Assembly (NCBI GenBank): GCA_965208785.1
Contig: OZ242356.1
Location: 3,138,929-3,202,928 of the forward strand
Direction of reading: 5' to 3'
Length of the DNA: 64,000 nucleotides
Source of the DNA: Acidimicrobiales bacterium
GTDB taxonomy: Bacteria > Actinomycetota > Acidimicrobiia > Acidimicrobiales > Bin134
Below are positions 56,092 to 64,000 of the stretch, piece by piece; the first letter of the stretch is position 1, and every line of letters begins with the position of its first letter. Made by a program: the position numbers and the translations under genes. The notes below the pieces were generated by a model. It saw only the letters and a list, made by a program, of their open reading frames with translations. It was not told the origin of the DNA and searched no databases.

Positions 56092-56381
56092 GCCCCCCGG
56101 CGAGCCGGCACAGCCGATGGGAGCCAGCCGATCTGGTCCAGCACCAAATCGTCTCCGCAATCGCCGCCCGCCAACAAAACGTCCCCCGGGTGGTCTTCAA
56201 GGGCGGGACCCTTCTTCGGGTCTGCTACCGGCACGACTGGCGGTTCTCAGAGGACCTGGACTTCGACTGGATCCACACCGACGACAGCAAGCAAGCCATA
56301 CACGACTTCCTCGACCGCGGCCTCGCCAAGGCCATTTTCTCACCGGTTGTCCTAACTCAAGCGCTCGAAGATCAGTCCTGA
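56088..56381 (+). pseudogene. abiEii: AbiEii/AbiGii nucleotidyltransferase toxin, truncated to 97 aa
   Basis: VFKGGTLLRVCYRHDWRFSEDLDF is the NTase motif. From my recollection, family members are about 250-300 aa. Confidence 0.65.
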
Positions 56382-56462
56382 ATGGCCTGGCGACAGGGCT
56401 GAGGCACCACGTGCGACCCTGCCGTTTGGGTCCTTTCGGCAAATTCCGTTGATCGAGACCGC

Positions 56463-57038
56463 CTAGTTCGCCGGCGCGATGGCGTCGACCGCTGCCTTGA
56501 GCCCTGGCCACCCACACGGCGCTGACAGAAGGCCCAGAGTGGCAAGCCCGACCGTCTTCTGCGCCCCAAGCTCGTCATCCAGGGTTTGCTTGGAGACCAC
56601 CCAGAACTCCCAAGATGACGGATCTCGAGCGTTCTCATTCGTCGCCGGTACCGGCACATGGAGGCAAAACACATACAGATCTGCAATCCGCGCCGGCGGA
56701 ACGCTCTCAACCAACCCGCCTTCGTCGGGCCTAAAGAACCACTTCCTCGGGGCAATGTCGAACCTTGGAATCGACCTCCGACCCAGAGCCCACCCCTGGC
56801 TCAGACCCGACGCCTTCACCTCTACTCGGGTCCCCCGATAGTCCAAGTCCCACCCATCCCACTCAGTCCGCATGTCTCCTCTGTCTATGGCACCCAACGC
56901 CAGCCCGACCATCCACTCCGCGAACACCCCTCTATTCAGATTGTCGACCAAGTTCCCCACAGCCCACCTGCGGAACTCCTCAATGTCGTCTAACCCGACC
57001 TGCTGATCTGCCACAACGACAAACCTAGCGATCGCCAA
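56463..57038 (-). CDS. PD-(D/E)XK-like nuclease-fold hypothetical protein
   Basis: WDLDYRGTRVEVKAS fits a D...E-x-K core. 191 aa. Confidence 0.4.
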   Translation of the reverse strand: MAIARFVVVADQQVGLDDIEEFRRWAVGNLVDNLNRGVFAEWMVGLALGAIDRGDMRTEWDGWDLDYRGTRVEVKASGLSQGWALGRRSIPRFDIAPRKWFFRPDEGGLVESVPPARIADLYVFCLHVPVPATNENARDPSSWEFWVVSKQTLDDELGAQKTVGLATLGLLSAPCGWPGLKAAVDAIAPAN

Positions 57039-57099
57039 CCCCAGCGGTTTGACGGACCTGCTTAGGGGCTCTTCGCCGCATTTTGGCGAGATCGAGCGC

Positions 57100-57513
57100 T
57101 TACGCTCTCACTGACACGTTCCTGATCACGGCTGATGCTGGCAGCGCCCTCTCGTCGACCGGTCCGGCGAGCTCGGCGGAGCGGGGTGCCCACAAGTTGG
57201 CATGGAGGCGCATGTCTAGATGCGGGATGGGCGTGGGGTCCCACCCAACACGCTGGTGGACAACGTTCCCGTCTACTAGCCAAGTCAATCGGTCCGGACG
57301 CCAGTCGATGACGTAGCGGTGGAATGCGGCCGTGGCATCGAATCCGAGATATATGCGGCATGGGGAGCCGCGATACCCAAAGCTCATGTCTGTGCCATCG
57401 TCGCCGGGATTGAAGTAGACGTTGATAAGCATTCGCCAGGGGTCGTCTCCCGAGAACTCGATGTCGATCTCCTGTCGCGGTGCGGCTCGGTGAAGGAAGA
57501 ATCCGGTAATCAA
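57100..57513 (-). pseudogene. Glycoside hydrolase family 16 fragment (N-terminally truncated)
   Basis: Catalytic EIDIEF motif. The upstream in-frame sequence GRFEAEIRPARGSG is cut by a TAG about 60 nt upstream. Confidence 0.6.
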
Positions 57514-57663
57514 CCCAGAACCACGCGCTGGCCTAATCTCGGCTTCGAAGCGTCCATGCCCAAAGGGCCGGCCAGCCTACCAGTGGCCTCTGACAAAACA
57601 GTCGCTGCGCTGGGGAAATGGGGAACAACACAGACCCACTGGCAACAACAGAAAACTGTCGGC

Positions 57664-57685
57664 AGCGCCCACGGCAGGATTCGAA
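57664..57685. repeat. att-like repeat, tRNA-proximal copy
   Basis: Overlaps the 3' 20 nt of tRNA-Arg plus 2 nt beyond it. Confidence 0.75.
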
Positions 57686-57740
57686 CCTGCGACCTTGGAC
57701 TTAGGAGGTCCCTGCTCTGTCCTGACTGAGCTACGTGGGC
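57666..57740 (-). tRNA. tRNA-Arg (anticodon CCT)
   Basis: Hand-folded cloverleaf: acceptor GCCCACG/CGTGGGC, D stem GCTC/GAGC, anticodon loop CTCCTAA, T arm GCAGG-TTCGAAT-CCTGC, discriminator G. No encoded CCA. Confidence 0.9.
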
Positions 57741-58002
57741 GGGGGTGCGCGAATTGCTAGGTGGCGAATTCTAGGTGGGCAACAGGGGTTTGGGGTGATG
57801 GGTTATGGCGCCAAGTGCTGGTGGACGGCGTCGAGAATTGAGATGACCTCGCATCGGCCTTGGGGGAGGGTGATGGAGGTGTGGGTGTTGGGGTCGCGAG
57901 CGATGAGAAGGGTAGCCATGCCCAGGTCTAGGAATGAGCGTCTTTGCGTGAATAGTCATAGAAAAAACTGAAATTAGGTTAGGCTCAATAGCCTGATCGG
58001 AA

Positions 58003-58077
58003 GGGTGGCTCGGCCCACCCGGTCCGGTCCTTCAACCTTGTACTCGGCACCGGACCGGGATCGGGCCGAGTCCACCC
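58003..58077. terminator. Long imperfect GC-rich hairpin downstream of the xsc-like gene
   Basis: Arms GGGTGGCTCGGCCCACCCGGTCCGGT and ACCGGACCGGGATCGGGCCGAGTCCACCC pair in 6+8+11 bp blocks, with a 20-nt loop. No clear U-tract. Confidence 0.35.
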
Positions 58078-58111
58078 TACCCCATCGATGCTGGGCCTTC
58101 TACCCTGGCTT

Positions 58112-59878
58112 TCAGACGAAGTCCTCGTACTTGTCCAGGTGGCGGGTGGGGCGGCTGAGGGCGTCTTTGCGGAAGGGGTCGCCCAGTTCCATGGTACACA
58201 TGGCTTCGATCACGGTGGTGCGGCCGCCGTTCATCTGGGCGTCGATGGCCTTGGTCAGCGCCGGGCCCACCTCTTCGAGCTCGTTCACCCGCACGCCGTC
58301 GGCGCCCATGGCCCGGGCCACCTCCGACCAGTCCTCGCCGCCGTCGAGCTCGCCGGCCACGAACCGGCGGCCGTAGAAGTCCACCTGGTTCTTCTTCTCC
58401 GCGCCCCACTGTCGGTTGTGGAACACCACCGCGGTAATCGGGATGTTGTGGCGTACTGCGGTCATGGTCTCCACCATGCTCATGGCCCATGCCCCGTCAC
58501 CGGCGTAGGCCACCGCCGGGCGATCCGGCGCGGCCTTCTTGGCCCCGATGATGGTGGGCAGCGCATAGCCGCAGTTGCCCCAGCTCATGGCGGCAAAGAA
58601 CGACCGGGGCTCCTCGAAGCGCAGGTAGCTGTTGGCCACCGAATTGATGTTGCCGATGTCGGTGGACACCATCACCCGCTCGGGCATGGCGTTCTCCAGC
58701 TCGCGCAGCACCTGGCGGGGGTGCATCCAGTTGTAGCGCTCCTCGGCGGCCTGCTTGATCATGTCGACGCTGAAGTCGTCGGTCTCGTGGATCCAGTCGT
58801 CCAGCTCGGCCTCCCAGTCGGCCTTGTCGGCCGCGATCTCGGCCGCCCGCTGGACCCGAGTGGCATCGCAGGCCAACTCCCGACCCTCCAAGCGCTGAAG
58901 AAGCGCAGCAGCGGCAGCGCCGGCGTCGCCGCAGATGCCCACGTCGATGGGCTTGACCAGCCCGAGCATCTTGTTGTCGGCGTCCACCTGGATGATCTTG
59001 GCCTCGTTGGGCCAGTAGTCCATGTCGTGCTGGGGCAGGGTGCCGAACGGCCCGAGACGGGTGCCCAGCGCCAGCACCACGTCGGCCCTCGAGATCAGCC
59101 GCATGGCCGCCTTGGAGCCCTGGTAACCGAGAGGCCCGCACCACAGGGGATGCGACGCCGGGAACGAGTCGTTGTGCAGGTAGCTGTTGACCACCGGACA
59201 GCCGAGCCGCTCAGCCAACGCCGCCGTCTCGGCCATGGCGTCGCCCATCACCACGCCGCCGCCGGAGATCATCACCGGGAAAGAGGCCCCGGCCAACAGC
59301 TCGGCGGCCTCGTTCAGGGTTCGCTCGCCGCCGGGACCCCGATCCAGTCGATGCGGTTGCGGTATCTCCACGTCGATGTCGCCGTAGAAGCGGTCGCGGG
59401 GGATGTTGAGCTGCGTGGGGCCCATCTCGGATAGTGCCCGGTCGAAACACCGGGCGGTGAGCTCGGCCATGCGGTGCTCATTGTTGACGTGGCCCTGGTA
59501 CTTGGTGAACTCCTCGAACATCGGAAGCTGGTTGGCCTCCTGGAAGCCGCCCAGGCCGATGCCCATGGTTCCCGTCTCGGGGGTGACGATCACCACCGGG
59601 CTGTGGGCCCAGTAGGCCGCGGCGATGGCGGTCACGCAGTTGGAGATGCCCGGTCCGTTCTGACCGATCACCACGCCGTGGCGGCCGCTCACCCGGCTGA
59701 ATCCGTCGGCCATGTGGGCCGCGCCCTGCTCGTGGACCACCGGCACCAGCTCGATGCCGGCCGGCTCGAAGATGTCCATGGCATCCATGAACGCGCTGCC
59801 CATGATGCCGAAGATGGTGTCGACACCGTGGGCGACCATGGTCTCCACGAACGCTTCGCTAGGAGTCATTCGGGTCAT
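58112..59878 (-). CDS. xsc: Thiamine-diphosphate enzyme, sulfoacetaldehyde acetyltransferase (Xsc)-like
   Basis: Start at MTRMTPSEAFVETMVAHGVDTIFGIMGSAF. Motifs HEQGAAHMADGFSRVSG and GDGAWAMS (ThDP motif). 588 aa. The Xsc assignment over generic acetolactate-synthase-like rests on remembered N-terminal similarity. Confidence 0.6.
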   Translation of the reverse strand: MTRMTPSEAFVETMVAHGVDTIFGIMGSAFMDAMDIFEPAGIELVPVVHEQGAAHMADGFSRVSGRHGVVIGQNGPGISNCVTAIAAAYWAHSPVVIVTPETGTMGIGLGGFQEANQLPMFEEFTKYQGHVNNEHRMAELTARCFDRALSEMGPTQLNIPRDRFYGDIDVEIPQPHRLDRGPGGERTLNEAAELLAGASFPVMISGGGVVMGDAMAETAALAERLGCPVVNSYLHNDSFPASHPLWCGPLGYQGSKAAMRLISRADVVLALGTRLGPFGTLPQHDMDYWPNEAKIIQVDADNKMLGLVKPIDVGICGDAGAAAAALLQRLEGRELACDATRVQRAAEIAADKADWEAELDDWIHETDDFSVDMIKQAAEERYNWMHPRQVLRELENAMPERVMVSTDIGNINSVANSYLRFEEPRSFFAAMSWGNCGYALPTIIGAKKAAPDRPAVAYAGDGAWAMSMVETMTAVRHNIPITAVVFHNRQWGAEKKNQVDFYGRRFVAGELDGGEDWSEVARAMGADGVRVNELEEVGPALTKAIDAQMNGGRTTVIEAMCTMELGDPFRKDALSRPTRHLDKYEDFV

Positions 59879-59937
59879 GACTCTTTCCTTTCGTGTTAGT
59901 GGATTCTCCGCTGAAGGAGATCCCGCGGGCAAAAAGA

Positions 59938-62751
59938 TCAGAGCGCATAGGCCGATGGGCTGGGTTTGAGCGGGCGGGAGTACCACAGGGGTCGGCGCAG
60001 ACCGCCGGGGCCGGGGGCCGGACGGGTCATGGCCAGCCACTCCCGGTAAGCCTTGCGGGCTTCGGCGGTGTCCACCACCACGTCGCCAGGGGTGTCGCCG
60101 GGCTCAGCGGGCGTCACCCGCACCCGCTGGTGCCAGCACTGCATGCCCGAAACCGGATCGGGCTGCACGCTGAACGTCAGATTCTGGTGGACGCCGGTAT
60201 CGCTCCACCAGATCCGCTCGGTGTCGCCGTCGGCGCTGGCATGTCGCTCCGGTCGGCCTCGACGGGTGAGCCGCCACATCGTGCCGTCGTTGGCGATGTC
60301 GGCATCGCCCCCCGTCCACGACCCGCCGTTTTCGGGGTCGAGGCGCCAGCGGCCCATGTGATGCGAAGCCGCCACCACACCGGGTCGGATGCCCTCGGTG
60401 CGCCACGCCCCGATCACGAAGTGGCCGATCCGGGTGGTGATCCTCACCAGGCCGCCCATCTCGATGCCCAGAGCCTCGGCATCGGAGGGATGGATCCACA
60501 GCGGGTGGCGATGGCTGAGCTCCGACAGCCACTTGCTGTTGGCCGAGCGGGTGTGGATCAGCGTCGGGATGCGAAACGTCGGAACCAGGATGCGCTCATC
60601 GCCGGAAAGGTCGAGGTTCTCCCAGTGTACGTGGGAGGGAATCCAGGTGGGGGTGGCGTACTCGGGCCAGCCCCAGTCGGCCAGCGTCTGCGAGTACAGC
60701 TCCAGCTTGCGCGACGGCGTCGGGAAGCCCTCCTTGGGGGTTCCGTCCACCTGCACTGCCGGGGAGCCGTCGCCCAAGTCGGCCAACTCCAGTCCGGCCA
60801 GATCCTCCGCCTCGCCCGACCACGTACCAGGGGTGCCCGAGCGTCGGTACACGCCGGCGTCGTCGAGGTGACAGCCCTCCAGCTCGGCAGGGTCCACCTC
60901 CCGCTCATAAGGCTTGTACATGTCGCCGTCGAGGGCATAGGCACCCCGGTCGCGCATGAACTCCAATGGAGTCTGACCGGCCGCTTCGGCATCGCCGGCC
61001 AGGCCGGGAACCGCCGCGAACATCGACCCGTAGTACTCGTCCACGCTCATCGGCGTGCCGGGCTGCTCAATGCTCTCAAACCAGCGGCGGACACCCATGG
61101 CGCCGTCGGGGTCGATGCGCCACGACAAGTCGACCCAAAACTCGTTCTCCTCCCACACCTCGCCCGGGTTGAACTCGTGAGTTCGAGACTCGCTGGTCAC
61201 ACCGCCATCGCGAATCTCGGCAAAACGGCGCAGCACCGGCTGGCGAAAGCCGATCCACCGCCCGGCGTGGGTCTCGAAGCTGGCCACATCGTGGCGCTCG
61301 GCCCCCACCCCCATGGGCAGCACGTAGTCGGCGAACACCGCCGTCTCCGACCACGTGGGGGTCAGCGCCACGTGGCAGGCCACCTTGTCGGGGTCTTTGA
61401 GCGCCTCCAGCCAGCTGAAGCCGTCGGGGTTGGTCCACACCGGGTTGTACACCCGGCTGAAGTACACCTCGAGGCGGCCTCGGCCCTCGGCCAGGAAATG
61501 GGGCAGCAGGATCGACATCTCGTGGTGGGCCAGCGGGTACTCCCGGGGCCAGCTCATCTCGTTCCACTGCTCGAAGGGCGGTGCTCCCGCCGGGTGGGAG
61601 GCCTTGTACTTGTTCCAGCCGTTGCCGGTGGTGCCCCCCACGGTGCCCACCGAGCCGGTGAGCACGTTGAGGAAGAACAGGCACCGGGCCGTCTGCCAGC
61701 CGCCCAGGTTGCCGGCGGCCGCCGCCCGCCAGTTGTGGGAGGCGAACCTGGTGGGATGGGCGCCGATGATCTCGGCGATCTCGGCGATCTGGGCCGCGGG
61801 CACCCCGCACACCCGCTCGGCCTCCTCAGGGGTGTGGGCGGCGTAGTCGTCGGCCAGCGCGGGGCCCACCGACTCGAACTCCACCGGGCGGTGCGGGTGG
61901 CGCTGGCGCAGGTACACCTCCCAGTTGGTCCAGCGCCGCACGAAGTCGCGCTCCCAGGTGCCGTTGAGCACCAGCAGCCGGGCGATGGCCAGCAGCAGGA
62001 AGGGCTCGGTGCCGGGCCAGGCGGGCAGCCAGTAGTCGGCCTTGGAGCCGGTGTTCGACAGCCGGGGATCCACGCAGATGACGGTGGCCCCCTTGGACTG
62101 GGCCTCGACGATCCGCTGGGCGTGGGGGTTGAAATAGTGGCCCGACTCCAGGTGCGACGAGATGAGGAAGATCACCTCGGCGTTGGCGAAGTCTGCCGAC
62201 GGGCGGTCGTGGCCCATCCAGCTCTGATACCCGACCCGGGCGTTGGAGCTGCACACGTTGGTGTGGCTGTTGTGGCCGTCCACCCCCCAGCACTGAAGCA
62301 CCCGCTCGGCGAAGCCGTCCTCGCCGGGGCGGCCCACGTGGTACATGACCTCGTTGTGGCGGCCTTCGGCGATGGCCCCTCGGATGCGGATGCCGATGTC
62401 GGTCAGTGCCTCGTCCCAGCTCACCCGCTCCCATTGCCCCGAGCCCCGCTCACCGGCCTGCCGCAGCGGATAGAGGATTCGCTCGTGGTCGTCGATCTGG
62501 TTGAGCGTGGCCGGACCCTTGGCGCAGTTGCGGCCCCGGCTGGCCGGATGCAGGGGGTTGCCCTCGACGCGGTCGATGCGCCCGGTGGCATGGTCCACAT
62601 GGCACACCAGCCCACAGGCCGCCTCGCAGTTGAAGCAGGTGGTGGGCACCAGGGTGTGATGGCGCTCCACCCGGCGGGGCCAGGCCTTGGCGTCAAGCGA
62701 GGTGGCGTCGTGCCATGTCTCGTGCGGGGGGTAGCGGTGCAAGTCAGTCAT
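59938..62751 (-). CDS. Molybdopterin (bis-MGD) oxidoreductase catalytic subunit, no Tat signal (SoeA-like candidate)
   Basis: Start at MTDLHRYPP. The N-terminal 4Fe-4S motif is CFNCEAACGLVCHV...GRNCAKG. 937 aa. No RRxFL twin-arginine leader. Confidence 0.75.
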   Translation of the reverse strand: MTDLHRYPPHETWHDATSLDAKAWPRRVERHHTLVPTTCFNCEAACGLVCHVDHATGRIDRVEGNPLHPASRGRNCAKGPATLNQIDDHERILYPLRQAGERGSGQWERVSWDEALTDIGIRIRGAIAEGRHNEVMYHVGRPGEDGFAERVLQCWGVDGHNSHTNVCSSNARVGYQSWMGHDRPSADFANAEVIFLISSHLESGHYFNPHAQRIVEAQSKGATVICVDPRLSNTGSKADYWLPAWPGTEPFLLLAIARLLVLNGTWERDFVRRWTNWEVYLRQRHPHRPVEFESVGPALADDYAAHTPEEAERVCGVPAAQIAEIAEIIGAHPTRFASHNWRAAAAGNLGGWQTARCLFFLNVLTGSVGTVGGTTGNGWNKYKASHPAGAPPFEQWNEMSWPREYPLAHHEMSILLPHFLAEGRGRLEVYFSRVYNPVWTNPDGFSWLEALKDPDKVACHVALTPTWSETAVFADYVLPMGVGAERHDVASFETHAGRWIGFRQPVLRRFAEIRDGGVTSESRTHEFNPGEVWEENEFWVDLSWRIDPDGAMGVRRWFESIEQPGTPMSVDEYYGSMFAAVPGLAGDAEAAGQTPLEFMRDRGAYALDGDMYKPYEREVDPAELEGCHLDDAGVYRRSGTPGTWSGEAEDLAGLELADLGDGSPAVQVDGTPKEGFPTPSRKLELYSQTLADWGWPEYATPTWIPSHVHWENLDLSGDERILVPTFRIPTLIHTRSANSKWLSELSHRHPLWIHPSDAEALGIEMGGLVRITTRIGHFVIGAWRTEGIRPGVVAASHHMGRWRLDPENGGSWTGGDADIANDGTMWRLTRRGRPERHASADGDTERIWWSDTGVHQNLTFSVQPDPVSGMQCWHQRVRVTPAEPGDTPGDVVVDTAEARKAYREWLAMTRPAPGPGGLRRPLWYSRPLKPSPSAYAL

Positions 62752-62765
62752 GAGTCGACACTCAC

Positions 62766-64000
62766 TTACGACAGCGGCACGGACTGGCCCGCCCGAACGA
62801 AGCTGTCCTCGTAGAACCACATGCCCACCACGGCGCTGATCCCGGCCACTGCGGCGGGGACCAACCCGGAATCAGTAGCAAGGGCGACGCTCACCAGCAC
62901 CGCAGGCAAGATCAGACCGAACACCACTCCCCCAAGCCAGAACTGCCGGGCGTATCGACCTTGCGTCATGGCCGCCACCGCCGCCTCAGCCTGGGCGGTC
63001 CCCCGTACCGTCAGCTCGGCGCCGATCAGCACTGCACAGGCGCCGATCCCGCCCAGCATCACCGAATACACCAGGACCAGGTCGGGCATGTCCATCACCA
63101 AGTCGGCCACCGTGTAAACGGCCCCGCCAGCCACCAACGCCTGCGCCAACAGCGTGGGCAACACCAAGGGCGACTGCCACAGGTCGCGCCCCTCGCACTG
63201 GCCGAACAAAAAGGCGGTGTAGCCGGCCGTGGCCGCCCCGAGCAGCACAACCAGCACGGACAGCAGAACTTGTGCTCCGGGGGATTCGACCAAGCCGGCC
63301 CAGAGCCACGCGCCACACAGCACGGTAAATGCCCCCAGTACCGCGGCGCCCTTTACCAGCCACGACCGGCGGTTGGCCCGGGTGATCAGATAGTAGACGC
63401 GTTCCGGACGTTTCAGATCCCCCACCAGCAACACAGCAGTCACCGCCAAAAAGAACCATGCCACCACCGACGGCATAACTGCGACTGCGGTCTGTTCGTA
63501 GTAGTGCCCGCCGAGCGTCACCATCAGCGCGGCCATCATCATCACGCCGGCGGCCACCGCCTTGGTGACCAGATAGCTCGACACCTTCGCCTTCCACATC
63601 ATCTGGTGAGCTGTGGTGTAGACGGTGCGGGCCACCACGCTGTCGCTGGCGAGATCAGCCGTCGGATGCTGGGCGGTGGTGTCGGCCCAGATCATCCCGT
63701 CGGGCGCTATTGCGGTGCGCAGCGGGTCAAGCGAGGCTTGATCGGCGCCCCGGTAGTACACCTTGGGCTGCGTGTTCTGCTCCGGGGCCCGCACCACGGT
63801 GTCGCTTCGGGCGATGAGCTCGGTGGTGGCATCGGTCGGGTCGTCGAGGTCGGCCACCTTGATGGCGTGGGTGGGGCACACCACCACACAGCTCGGCTCG
63901 AGGCCCTGCTCGATGCGGTGGTTGCAGAAATTGCACTTGTTGGCCGTGTTGGTAACCGGATTGATGTAGATGGCGTCATAGGGACAGGCATTCATGCACC
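62766..64000 (-). CDS. Fused 4Fe-4S ferredoxin subunit + NrfD/PsrC-like membrane anchor (5' end outside window)
   Basis: CMNACPYDAIY, CNFCNHR and CVVVCPTHAI are ferredoxin clusters, followed by about 8 hydrophobic helices. The frame is open to the window end. Confidence 0.75.
   Translation of the reverse strand, partial: CMNACPYDAIYINPVTNTANKCNFCNHRIEQGLEPSCVVVCPTHAIKVADLDDPTDATTELIARSDTVVRAPEQNTQPKVYYRGADQASLDPLRTAIAPDGMIWADTTAQHPTADLASDSVVARTVYTTAHQMMWKAKVSSYLVTKAVAAGVMMMAALMVTLGGHYYEQTAVAVMPSVVAWFFLAVTAVLLVGDLKRPERVYYLITRANRRSWLVKGAAVLGAFTVLCGAWLWAGLVESPGAQVLLSVLVVLLGAATAGYTAFLFGQCEGRDLWQSPLVLPTLLAQALVAGGAVYTVADLVMDMPDLVLVYSVMLGGIGACAVLIGAELTVRGTAQAEAAVAAMTQGRYARQFWLGGVVFGLILPAVLVSVALATDSGLVPAAVAGISAVVGMWFYEDSFVRAGQSVPLS

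Noticed and set aside
59893-62814. A 973-aa plus-strand ORF, the second longest in the window.
   Set aside because: It is exactly antisense to the molybdopterin oxidoreductase gene. Its composition is Arg/Gly/Pro/Ala/His-rich and it has no motifs, so it is a typical high-GC shadow ORF. The minus-strand product has clear Mo-enzyme motifs.

Overview
High-GC Actinomycetota-type chromosome segment; mihF-gmk-rpoZ-coaBC-metK-priA and infC-rpmI-rplT synteny support this. All calls come from reading the ORF translations and the DNA by eye, with no database searches. The window has a conserved housekeeping block (34.4-48.5 kb, mostly minus strand) and a sulfonate/sulfite-type block (58.1-64.0 kb: Xsc-like ThDP enzyme, molybdopterin oxidoreductase, fused FeS/NrfD subunit). 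Three accessory regions interrupt these. (1) Island at 1.2-18 kb: orphan ATPases, an intact IS630, degraded nested IS3/IS30 copies, VapBC, an AlbA_2/Schlafen-like protein, and two visibly AT-richer segments. The segment at 4.17-9.9 kb is a tightly packed minus-strand operon: DndC/PAPS-reductase-like PP-loop enzyme, GHKL (MutL/MORC-like) ATPase, two orphan proteins, and a split sulfur-binding-domain-like/HNH nuclease. The segment at 12.3-14.3 kb encodes a GmrSD/SspE-like DUF262-DUF1524 nuclease. I do not recognise this gene combination as any described defence or DNA-modification system, and it is my main candidate for a novel system. (2) At 22.3-27 kb, a 3.7 kb insert is flanked by 458-bp direct repeats. 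It carries a small ORF, three tandem palindromes, an orphan ATPase, a truncated helicase start and an IS3 nested in an ISL3 remnant. Next to it is a 1,889-aa secreted S8 protease with Calx-beta/PPC-like repeats, runs of 43 and 22 prolines, and a C15 tract at its 5' end. (3) At 51.3-57.7 kb lies a decayed integrative element at tRNA-Arg(CCT). It is bounded by a 22-nt att-like repeat and carries a frameshifted integrase, AbiEi with a truncated AbiEii, IS remnants and a secreted-protein/mini-membrane-protein pair. No rRNA genes or CRISPR arrays were seen.
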